NCBI GenBank assembly: GCA_020341815.1 | Contig: CP070837.1 | Location: forward strand, 465,743 to 529,742 | Source of the DNA: Candidatus Omnitrophota bacterium | GTDB lineage: Bacteria; Omnitrophota; Gorgyraeia; JAFGHF01 | Length of the DNA stretch: 64,000 nt | Reading direction: 5' to 3' | Shown: positions 56,261 through 64,000 of the stretch, piece after piece | Layout of the letters: each line of letters begins with the position of its first letter | Position numbering within the stretch: position 1 is the stretch's first letter | Program-made: the position numbers and the translations under genes | Notes under the pieces: model-generated | Seen by the model: the letters and a program-made list of their open reading frames with translations, nothing else | The model's database searches: none | Told to the model about the DNA's origin: nothing

Positions 56261-56626
56261 TTACTTTACGTTAATACTGGTCGCCACCAGAAATACCCCT
56301 AAGAAGATAAAGCCAAGGCCGCCCATCTTCATTAAAGAGATGCTTTCCTTAAAAATAAATAATGACAGCAAAGGAACGATTACATAAGTCAGGCTCCAGA
56401 TTGGATAGGCATAACTTAATTCGGCCTTGGAAAGTGCCATAACATAGGCCGTCCAGCCCAAAATAGCAAAAGTTACACCTAACATTACTAAAGGATTGCT
56501 TAACATCTGGAAAAATTTTAATCCCATCTTTTCAATTGGCCCCACAATAAGTAATCCCTTTTTCAGAATTATCTGTCCGATACTGGTAAGAGAAACGCTG
56601 ATTAGAAGTATCACCAACGGCTTCAT
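56261..56626 (-). CDS. Small EamA/SMR-type transporter (ArnE/ArnF-like)
   Basis: 4 TM; GQIILKKG, ALSK.ELSYAYP, FKE.IS. Confidence 0.75.
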   Translation of the reverse strand: MKPLVILLISVSLTSIGQIILKKGLLIVGPIEKMGLKFFQMLSNPLVMLGVTFAILGWTAYVMALSKAELSYAYPIWSLTYVIVPLLSLFIFKESISLMKMGGLGFIFLGVFLVATSINVK

Positions 56627-57303
56627 TTGACCTCCTTCATAAGATTTGCCTTAATGGGCATTAAAACTACATAGGCCAAAGATAAAACAAAGGCCACTAA
56701 TTCAGGAATGATAAACAACATAGCCAGTATTATAACAAAACTGAGTAAATATTTCCACTGAAACAAAGACACATTCTTAAAAGTGGGATATTTAATGCCT
56801 GAGACCATCATCATTGCCAGTATGGCCACTATTACCGAAACAATTCGTGGTTCGATATGTAAATTATATTTATAGTAAATAAGGACAATAGATGCCACCA
56901 GTGCTCCAAAACCGGGAGTGGGCAGGCCGTTAAAGAAAAGCAGGGACTTCTCTTCGCTTTCGGTATTAAATCTGGCCAGGCGAAAGGCGCCGCAGAAAAC
57001 CGCTATCAGGCAAACCAGAAGGCGCCAGAGAAAAAACTTCGGGCAATTCAAAGTAAAGACTAAAACCGAAGGTGCCACCACAAAGGAAATCAAATCCGCC
57101 AGCGAGTCAAACTGCTTGCCGAACTCCGAGACCTCTTTGCTCATGCGGGCAACTTTTCCATCGGCAATATCGAAGATGATAGAGAAAAAGATAATCCAGG
57201 CCGCGGGGATGTAACTGCCTCTTACCGATAAAAATATGGACATTGCCCCAAACAGAAGATTAGCCGCGGTAATTACATTGGCCATATATCTTGCACTTTC
57301 CAC
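56623..57303 (-). CDS. pssA: CDP-alcohol phosphatidyltransferase (PssA-like)
   Basis: D..DG.VAR...S.FG..FDSLAD.ISF.VAP, RLARFN, GLPTP. Confidence 0.85.
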   Translation of the reverse strand: MESARYMANVITAANLLFGAMSIFLSVRGSYIPAAWIIFFSIIFDIADGKVARMSKEVSEFGKQFDSLADLISFVVAPSVLVFTLNCPKFFLWRLLVCLIAVFCGAFRLARFNTESEEKSLLFFNGLPTPGFGALVASIVLIYYKYNLHIEPRIVSVIVAILAMMMVSGIKYPTFKNVSLFQWKYLLSFVIILAMLFIIPELVAFVLSLAYVVLMPIKANLMKEVK

Positions 57304-57361
57304 TTTTTACCTCCTTATCTAAAGCTCCAAACAACTATGATAAGGCCTTTTTGCAAAAAAA

Positions 57362-60300
57362 TCAATCTTTCTTATGATTTTTATTGTTTAATTTGATGGT
57401 CTGGATGAGGCTGGGATGGTGGGTAATTTTTAATGTTATATCATCAATTATGGAATAAATGCATGGTATTATTACCAGCGTCAGGATAGTGGCAAATAAA
57501 AGCCCCCAGCATATACCTAAGGCCATGGGCACCAGAAATGGATCCTTGCCGCCGATGCCATAGGTCACCGTGGAAAGCCCGCCTACGGTGGTAACGGTAG
57601 TCAGGATAACGGGTCTGATTCTTATCTGCACTGCTTGTATAATGGATTGCTTTCTTTCCATTCCCTCGGCGCGCAGTTTATTGATAAAGGAAACAAGCAC
57701 GATGGCATCATTTACCACAATGCCGTTTAAGCCTACAATGCCCAACATTGCCATAAATGATAAGGGCAGGCCATGCACCAGAAAGGCGAAAACAACTCCT
57801 ATCAGACCAAAAGGAATAGCCAGCATAACTACAAACGGCTGCACCAATGACTTAAAGAATGAGGCCAGGATTAAATAGATAATCAAAAAGGCATATATGT
57901 ATGCCTTAATCAGGCTTCTTAAAGATTTTATGCTTTCTTCCTGCTCTCCCCCATATTTAACGGAATAGCCGGGATATTTGCGGGAGATATCCACAAACTT
58001 CCTGCTGAGCAAATTGTTAATCTTCATTGAAGTTATTTTATCGGTATCGATATTGCTGGAAACCGTCACCACGCGCTTTCCGTCTAAGTGGTGAATAGTC
58101 GTTGTGCCCGGAACCTTCTCTATTCTCGCCACTTTTTTCAAAGGAATCAGATTGCCGAACTTGTTCATTATCAGGATATCTTCAAAGGCGGAAATATGGC
58201 GCACGTCCTTCTTACTGAATTTTACCGTCACATCTGTCTCTTCTTCGGCCTTAACCGGCTTAATCTGGGTAGCAATCCCGCCTTCAAAAACCGCGCGCAC
58301 AGTCCTGGCAATCTGACCTACAGTCAGGGCGGCTTGCGTGGCTTTTTCGCGGTCGATACTGACCCTGATTTCTTCCTTTCCCGGCTTATGGTCCCAGGTA
58401 ACATCAAAAGCGCCCTCAATAGTAGAGAGATAATCCATATATTCATCGGCCATCTCATCTAATATAGTGAAGTCTTCACCCCTTAACCTTGCCTCAACAG
58501 GCTTACCTACGGGTGGTCCGGTCTCGGGCTTGTCAAAGCGCAGGTCGGTAAATCCTTTAACATCCTTTACCTCTCGGCGCAGCTGGGCAATGATTTCGTC
58601 AACCTTTCTCTTTCTGTCCTGTTCCGGCGTGAGATAGACCGCAATCTGCCCGATACTGCTGGCCTGCCTGGAAAAGGGGTCATTGCGGTCCTCTTCCATC
58701 CTTCCTACATTAGTAACATAGGTATCCAGTTCATCCTTGGGTAATTGGCTTACGGCTTTCTCTAAAGGAAGCATAAGCTGATGAGTCTTTTCTAAAGGCG
58801 TGCCGATAGGCGCCTCAGCCCTGATGAAAAAGAAGTCTATTCCTGTACTGGGAAAGAGGACAAACTTGATAACGGTAAAGGACAATATAATAGCAATAAC
58901 CAATATTAGTACAAAGGCGCTGACTACCCTGTATTTCCTGCGCACGGCCACTTCAAGTATGCGGGTATAAAAATTGACCATCTTTTTAAACCAAGGCAAC
59001 TCCTTAGCTATAGACAGGGGCTTACCCTTGGCGTCCAAGCGCACCCGCACAAAGTCGGCTATATGCGAAGGCAAAATAATTAAGGCCTCACCCAAAGAGG
59101 CAACCAGGGCTATAATCAAGACGGTGGGAATATTTCTGATAAACTTGCCGATAATGCCGGTCATAAACAAAAGCGGTGAAAATGCGGCAATTGTGGTAGC
59201 CACTGCGGCAATCACCGCCCCCATAACCTCCTCTGCCCCTTTGACAGCGGCCAGGCGCGGAGGCATCCCCTTTTCCATATAGCGGTAGGTATTTTCCGCA
59301 ACAATAATACCGTCATCAACCAGCATCCCCAGAACAATAATCAAGCCAAACATACTTACTACATTTATGGTAATGCCCATAGCACTCATCACCATAAATG
59401 TAGTGAAAAAGGCCACCGGCACGCCCAGGAAGGTAACGATAGCAATCCTTTTTTGTAAAAAGATAAGCAGAACCCCTAAGATTATAAAAACAGCCGCCCA
59501 AGTATTATTCCTGAGCACATTCAGCCGCCTGCGGGCAAAAAAGGAATAGTCATTTACGTATGAAATCTCTAAACCATCCTTGTGTACGGCCAGATATTCA
59601 GCGCAGGCGGATTTTACCTGGTCAACCATATAGAGGGCATCTCCCGATTCTTTTTTCAGGACAAGGAGATTTATGGAACGGCTTCCCAGGGTCTTGTTGA
59701 TTACATCTTCCTCTTTATATGTGTCCTCAACCCGCGCCACATCTTTTACTCTCAGCCAATTGCCTGAATCGTTGGCGCGGATGATTACGTCTTCTATTTC
59801 CCGGGCGCTTAAGAACTCTCCTGTAGTCCGGATACTGTATTCGCTGGTTGCGGTATCTATCTTTCCTGCCGGCAGGCTGACGTTACGCTCGGCGAGAGCA
59901 CCCTCTATCTCATCAAAGGAAACATAGTATTCATTTAATTTCTCGGGGTCCACCTGAACCTGCATTTCTCTTTCGCGGTAACCGGACTTTCTGATGCGGG
60001 CAACCCCCTCTACATCCTCAAGGATATCCTCGATGATATCGGCGTGGTGGCGCAACTGGCTTTCCGTCATCTTTCCCGATAAAGATACCTCAAGTATCGG
60101 ATACTGCCCGGTTTCCACCTCGGTTACCAGCGGATCATCGACATCGCGAGGCAAGTCCTTGACCCTGTCTACGGCGTTTTGAATATCCCTGATTACTTTT
60201 TGTTTATTGGGAGCATCCGGGTCTATGTATACTCCCAGGGAAGAGAAACCCACCGCAGATTTGGATTCGATTTTATCTATGCCGTCAACCTGCTTCAGCT

Positions 60301-60508
60301 CCCTCTCTATGGGCACGGTAATCAATTTTTCTACATCGGTGGGCGTGGCTCCGGCATAATAAGTAGTGACGCTAACTATATCAAAGGAAACATTGGGAAA
60401 TACTTCCTTATTTATCCCGAAATATACAATAAGTCCGATAATAATTATAATTATGGATATCAGGTTTATAAATAAAGACTGATTAACGCTAAAGCGCGGC
60501 AGACTCAT
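57362..60508 (-). CDS. RND efflux permease (AcrB family)
   Basis: 1048 aa; GMLVDDGIIVAEN, GIVVNDAIVLV, RIRPVILT. Confidence 0.93.
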   Translation of the reverse strand: MSLPRFSVNQSLFINLISIIIIIIGLIVYFGINKEVFPNVSFDIVSVTTYYAGATPTDVEKLITVPIERELKQVDGIDKIESKSAVGFSSLGVYIDPDAPNKQKVIRDIQNAVDRVKDLPRDVDDPLVTEVETGQYPILEVSLSGKMTESQLRHHADIIEDILEDVEGVARIRKSGYREREMQVQVDPEKLNEYYVSFDEIEGALAERNVSLPAGKIDTATSEYSIRTTGEFLSAREIEDVIIRANDSGNWLRVKDVARVEDTYKEEDVINKTLGSRSINLLVLKKESGDALYMVDQVKSACAEYLAVHKDGLEISYVNDYSFFARRRLNVLRNNTWAAVFIILGVLLIFLQKRIAIVTFLGVPVAFFTTFMVMSAMGITINVVSMFGLIIVLGMLVDDGIIVAENTYRYMEKGMPPRLAAVKGAEEVMGAVIAAVATTIAAFSPLLFMTGIIGKFIRNIPTVLIIALVASLGEALIILPSHIADFVRVRLDAKGKPLSIAKELPWFKKMVNFYTRILEVAVRRKYRVVSAFVLILVIAIILSFTVIKFVLFPSTGIDFFFIRAEAPIGTPLEKTHQLMLPLEKAVSQLPKDELDTYVTNVGRMEEDRNDPFSRQASSIGQIAVYLTPEQDRKRKVDEIIAQLRREVKDVKGFTDLRFDKPETGPPVGKPVEARLRGEDFTILDEMADEYMDYLSTIEGAFDVTWDHKPGKEEIRVSIDREKATQAALTVGQIARTVRAVFEGGIATQIKPVKAEEETDVTVKFSKKDVRHISAFEDILIMNKFGNLIPLKKVARIEKVPGTTTIHHLDGKRVVTVSSNIDTDKITSMKINNLLSRKFVDISRKYPGYSVKYGGEQEESIKSLRSLIKAYIYAFLIIYLILASFFKSLVQPFVVMLAIPFGLIGVVFAFLVHGLPLSFMAMLGIVGLNGIVVNDAIVLVSFINKLRAEGMERKQSIIQAVQIRIRPVILTTVTTVGGLSTVTYGIGGKDPFLVPMALGICWGLLFATILTLVIIPCIYSIIDDITLKITHHPSLIQTIKLNNKNHKKD

Positions 60509-61959
60509 AACAGGGCCTCGTATTTCTCAAGAATAACATTAAGAGATTCCTCTAAATCAACTTTACTCTTTTTCAACTCTAACATACTCCTGGCTAAATC
60601 AAGCTGCGCGTTCAGGTAATCCTGCTGATAGTCTATCAGCCTCTTTGTATTGGACCTGCCGAATTTAAAACGCTTTTCCTCTTCCTTAAGCTTGGCTTCC
60701 TGTAATTGCGCGGCCTTCAAGAGCTTATCCACATTCGCCTGGCGCATGATATAATCACGAAAGGCATCCCCCACTTCGGTAACGATGGACCTCTCCAGCT
60801 TCTTCATAGTCAGGATTGCCTTTTCTTTATTGGCCTTTGCTTTTTCAAATTCGCTGCGGGCTAAATTATTTTCCAGCGGTATAGAGATTTCTACTCCGGC
60901 GGAATAATCGGCATTATTTTCGGTGCCTATTCTCTTTACGGCACTGCTGAATTTTGGATCGATGCCGTTTGCGACCATGCTTGCGGTAAGGTCTATCTCC
61001 GGCCAGCGTTCATTGGCTTTGGTCTCTAAGGTAATATTCTCTATTTCAATATCGGTTTTGGCCTGCTGATAATCGCGCCTCTTAAGAAAGGCTTTCCTCA
61101 GGCAATCGCCCAATTCAACCTCGATCTCTCTGTATGTCAGTATCTCCGAAGGATGGATTCTGCTTGCAGCATCTAAATTCATTAACAGCTTAATCTGCTC
61201 CTCGTCACTCCTGTATGCGTTCTCCGCAAGCAGAAGGTCCTTTTCTCTGATTAAGACATTGGCTCCTGATGCCAGAAAGTCTCCCTTTTCTATAATGCCT
61301 ATATCATAATTTCGCGTATTGCTTTCATGCAGATTCCTGGCCTTTTCTAAAATTTCATTATAAATCCGCATGGCCTTTCTGGAGAAGACCCACTCCCAGT
61401 AGGCATCTTCCACATCCGCAAACAGAACCTCAATTCTTTCCTGTCTGTCCAGGTCGGAGTTCTCAATGGCCAGGCTGGTTAGAGTAATGCTGCGCCTGTC
61501 AACATAACCAAAGGCGTTTTTGGCTAAGGGCTGGCGGATTTCCAGGGCCGCCTCTGCGCTATGAGCCGGATTGCTAGAGACAAAGGCGGAATTGCTTGAC
61601 TCTCTGGTATTTGAAAAAGACAGGTTAACTTCGGTGCCTGTGGGAAGCTTTTTCTCGGCCTCTGCCGAATAGGTATTGGTGGTGGTTTTACTGGCGGCAA
61701 AACTGGAAAGCGCTTCTCTGGTATCTTTGGAATAACCTACACCCAGCGATAAACTGGTATCAAATATGGATTCGGCAATGCCTTGCCCGGTCTCGGCAAC
61801 CAAAAAATCCAATCGGGCCAATTTTACCTCAAAGCTGTTTTGGGCGGCAAAAATGATGCACGCCCCCAGAGAAAGCTCGTTTTCTGCCTCCTCGGCAATG
61901 CCTGCCAGGCATAAGGTGCAAAATAAAAATATAAAAATAAATCTTTTAATATATCTCAT
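60505..61959 (-). CDS. TolC family outer membrane protein
   Basis: Signal peptide; OEP repeats (IRQPL, AYW, ISIPL, RFKFG). Confidence 0.85.
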   Translation of the reverse strand: MRYIKRFIFIFLFCTLCLAGIAEEAENELSLGACIIFAAQNSFEVKLARLDFLVAETGQGIAESIFDTSLSLGVGYSKDTREALSSFAASKTTTNTYSAEAEKKLPTGTEVNLSFSNTRESSNSAFVSSNPAHSAEAALEIRQPLAKNAFGYVDRRSITLTSLAIENSDLDRQERIEVLFADVEDAYWEWVFSRKAMRIYNEILEKARNLHESNTRNYDIGIIEKGDFLASGANVLIREKDLLLAENAYRSDEEQIKLLMNLDAASRIHPSEILTYREIEVELGDCLRKAFLKRRDYQQAKTDIEIENITLETKANERWPEIDLTASMVANGIDPKFSSAVKRIGTENNADYSAGVEISIPLENNLARSEFEKAKANKEKAILTMKKLERSIVTEVGDAFRDYIMRQANVDKLLKAAQLQEAKLKEEEKRFKFGRSNTKRLIDYQQDYLNAQLDLARSMLELKKSKVDLEESLNVILEKYEALL

Positions 61960-62402
61960 TTTTTATGCGCCAGATTTATATATACCTTTTTTAATATTCT
62001 GATATATTCTTCTCTGTCCTTCTGGGTAAGCACAGAAAACATCTCATTCACGCAATCGCGCCTCGCCTCTCTCACCCGTTTAATCGCCTCTTTCCCTTTG
62101 CTCAATATCATCACATTTACCACTCTTCTGTCCTGACTGGAGCGCTGCCTCTTGATAAGCTTAAGCCTTATCATTTTATCCACAATGGCCGTTACCGCGC
62201 TCATACTGAAGTTTAAGAGCCTGGCCAGCTCATTCATCTGGCAGCCCTTGCGTTCGTAGAGAAAATCAAGGATAACCACCTGAGGCACGCTCAAGAGGCC
62301 TTTGGCAAAGATATCCTTGTGCTGGTTGCGGGTGAACTCCCTCATAATCAAGGGCAGCATCGTGCTCACTTCTTTCCCGAAATCCGAACCTTTGACTTCC
62401 AT
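61956..62402 (-). CDS. MarR family regulator
   Basis: MNELA...SAVTAIVDKM..LKLIKR.RS.QDRR.V; ATG 62402 behind AGGAGG. Confidence 0.9.
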   Translation of the reverse strand: MEVKGSDFGKEVSTMLPLIMREFTRNQHKDIFAKGLLSVPQVVILDFLYERKGCQMNELARLLNFSMSAVTAIVDKMIRLKLIKRQRSSQDRRVVNVMILSKGKEAIKRVREARRDCVNEMFSVLTQKDREEYIRILKKVYINLAHKK

Positions 62403-62471
62403 AACCGTCCTCCTTCTTAAGAGATATTTAATCATCAAAATATTTCACTAAATGAACTATTCACAACCTTA

Positions 62472-62500
62472 AGTATATACTAAAAAACCCCTCCCGTCAA
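62472..62500 (-). promoter_or_regulatory. Sigma70 promoter of the marR-tolC-RND operon
   Basis: TTGACG-17nt-TATACT; TTCA-N5-TGAA palindrome (possible MarR operator) just downstream. Confidence 0.65.
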
Positions 62501-62531
62501 GTCCCTTTTATGAGATTTTGACGGAAGGGGT
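62482..62531 (-). terminator. Terminator after cysE, overlapping the marR -35 box
   Basis: ACCCCTTCCGTCAA / TTGACGGGAGGGGT stem followed by a T-run. Confidence 0.6.
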
Positions 62532-62549
62532 CCTTTACTGCAAGGGGTA

Positions 62550-63188
62550 TTATTTATTTTCTAAGCTTCTTATCCTCTCCTCAAGCGCATCCTGCTTCTT
62601 TAGAAGGATATTTACTGCCTCGGCAACCGGGTCGGGAAGATGCCCGTGCTCAAGGTCAATCAAGGGCTTGATTTTCGGTTTCTCGGCTATCCTGGCCGGA
62701 ACACCCACCACCGTTACGCCTGCGGGGACGGGTTTGACCACAACCGAGCCTGAGCCTATTCTGGCATCCTCTCCCACCTCAATCGCACCCAGAACCACGG
62801 CATCCGCGCCAATTACAACCCTGTTACCGATGGTGGGGTGGCGTTTCTTCTTCTCGCGGGTTGTGCCGCCCAAGACTGCGCCCTGATACATCAAGACATC
62901 ATCACCGATCTCGGTGGTCTCACCGATAACTATCCCCATCCCGTGGTCGATAAAGAACCTGCGGCCGATCTTTGCCCCCGGGTGAATCTCGATGCCGGTG
63001 AGAAAACGCGAGATATGAGAAATCAGGCGGGCCAGATTTTTCCAGCCGTGCCGCCAGAAAAAATGGGCAATGCGGTGTAGCCAGATAGCGTGCAAGCCCG
63101 GATAGCAAAGGATTACCTCCATTACCGTCCTGGCTGCCGGGTCTTCGCGAAATGCCGTGCGAATATCTTCAGCTATTCTCTTAAACAC
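62550..63188 (-). CDS. cysE: Serine O-acetyltransferase
   Basis: [32 protein letters not shown]. Confidence 0.96.
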   Translation of the reverse strand: MFKRIAEDIRTAFREDPAARTVMEVILCYPGLHAIWLHRIAHFFWRHGWKNLARLISHISRFLTGIEIHPGAKIGRRFFIDHGMGIVIGETTEIGDDVLMYQGAVLGGTTREKKKRHPTIGNRVVIGADAVVLGAIEVGEDARIGSGSVVVKPVPAGVTVVGVPARIAEKPKIKPLIDLEHGHLPDPVAEAVNILLKKQDALEERIRSLENK

Positions 63189-63201
63189 CTTATCCTCCTT
63201 A

Positions 63202-63936
63202 TTAATGTCGACTCTGAACTAATTTAACCTCTCCCCAGGCCCCGATCTTCTCACCAATAATCAGCACAACACCCTTAATTCCTGCAACCGGAGCTCTGTC
63301 TTTGACAAATGTCAATGTTTCATCCACACAAGAAGCAGATTTAACCATATTCCCCAGGCGCGTAGCCCAGGCATCGGCCAAAATGGCTGAATTACAAATA
63401 ACCACTGCCGCATCGCTCTTACCAAAGCTTAAAGACGGCCCCACTGTGCCGCTTGAGGTACAAATCCCGCAAGGTGCCTGCGGAGCAATCTCCAAAGCAA
63501 TCTTTCCGCTATATACAGATTCACCGGCAAAGATACCCACCCTCCTTGTGTGATTAGTCCGCATAAAGATATCTCCGCCGTTCTCCACAATTACCTCTGA
63601 AGAAGCTTTAAGCAAGTCTTTAGCCACATATTCGGCAATGGCTCCGGCTACTGCGGCCATCGGCCCCACACCAGCGCAAGATGAAGCCTCTGCCATTTCC
63701 CGGACAATATCAGGAGCTTCTGCCCCTACAGAATAAGGCGCAAGGGAAGTGGCAAAGTCGGGGTCAACCCGAATATAATCCTGAATAAGCCTGCGCTGCC
63801 TATCCAGAGACTCCCGGGCAAAAGCAGCTAAGGCCTTATCTGCGCGAATAAACAGGTCACTCTCACCCAGCTTGACCCTGAAGCTGAAAAGACTCTTATC
63901 TTCTACCCAACTCTGATATGTGCGGCTTTGATACAT
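63202..63936 (-). CDS. UPF0280 / ApbE-like (COG2122) protein
   Basis: [36 protein letters not shown]. Confidence 0.88.
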   Translation of the reverse strand: MYQSRTYQSWVEDKSLFSFRVKLGESDLFIRADKALAAFARESLDRQRRLIQDYIRVDPDFATSLAPYSVGAEAPDIVREMAEASSCAGVGPMAAVAGAIAEYVAKDLLKASSEVIVENGGDIFMRTNHTRRVGIFAGESVYSGKIALEIAPQAPCGICTSSGTVGPSLSFGKSDAAVVICNSAILADAWATRLGNMVKSASCVDETLTFVKDRAPVAGIKGVVLIIGEKIGAWGEVKLVQSRH

Positions 63937-63942
63937 AATATT

Positions 63943-63991
63943 AGTCGCTAGTATTCAGTCGCTAGTCGCTCGTATCTGGTATCTAGTAAAA
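63943..63991. repeat. Heptamer array, same family as 24378-24487 (other arm probably beyond the window)
   Basis: AGTCGCT AGTATTC AGTCGCT AGTCGCT CGTATCT GGTATCT AGTAAAA. Confidence 0.75.
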
Positions 63992-64000
63992 AGATAAAAA

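Noticed and set aside
545-62438. Longest-ORF starts for pta, GT-C, pilW-like, cimA, apgM, dcd, rpoN, TolB-like and marR
   Set aside because: They overlap upstream genes or promoters, or add non-conserved residues. Downstream starts with an SD or stop/start coupling fit the family N-termini better.

Overview
Chromosomal backbone of an anaerobic diderm bacterium. Gene content and style suggest Candidatus Omnitrophota or another PVC lineage (inference only). Almost every gene is on the minus strand; rpoN is the only clear plus-strand gene. Contents in order: ackA (partial), pta, coaD, rsmD, recG, mtaB, ispD; a GT-C/TPR membrane glycosyltransferase; a signal-peptide-bearing MEMO1-AMMECR1 fusion; tRNA-Ala(CGC); a type IV pilus cluster (pilins, pilC, MshEN-PilB, pilQ, pilP, pilO, fused pilMN, pilX-like); an acyl-CoA ligase and a deacetylase; an unusual bactofilin-HTH / membrane-HTH / ExbB-ExbD-TonB operon; mgtC, tsaD, ctpA, gatCAB, GH5, rsmA, birA, uvrB, nadC, valS, cimA, lysC, ychF-like, apgM, dcd, nrdJ, rpoN; a candidate lipid operon (PssA-like, SMR/EamA, patatin, radical SAM, CTP-dependent kinase-like); MarR-TolC-RND; cysE; and UPF0280. 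No transposase, integrase, phage or CRISPR was seen. The window nevertheless carries several families of short structured repeats: (1) two copies of a ~210-bp nested, co-varying element whose core (TTAC|CCCG...CGGGGTTYAM) also occurs as an in-frame 72-bp insertion in mtaB; (2) three CACTGA x4 / TCAGTG x4 elements; (3) heptamer arrays; (4) a duplicated tRNA 3' end. These repeats, the bactofilin-HTH/TonB module and the lipid operon are the best leads. All family assignments come from motif recognition by eye, not from database searches.
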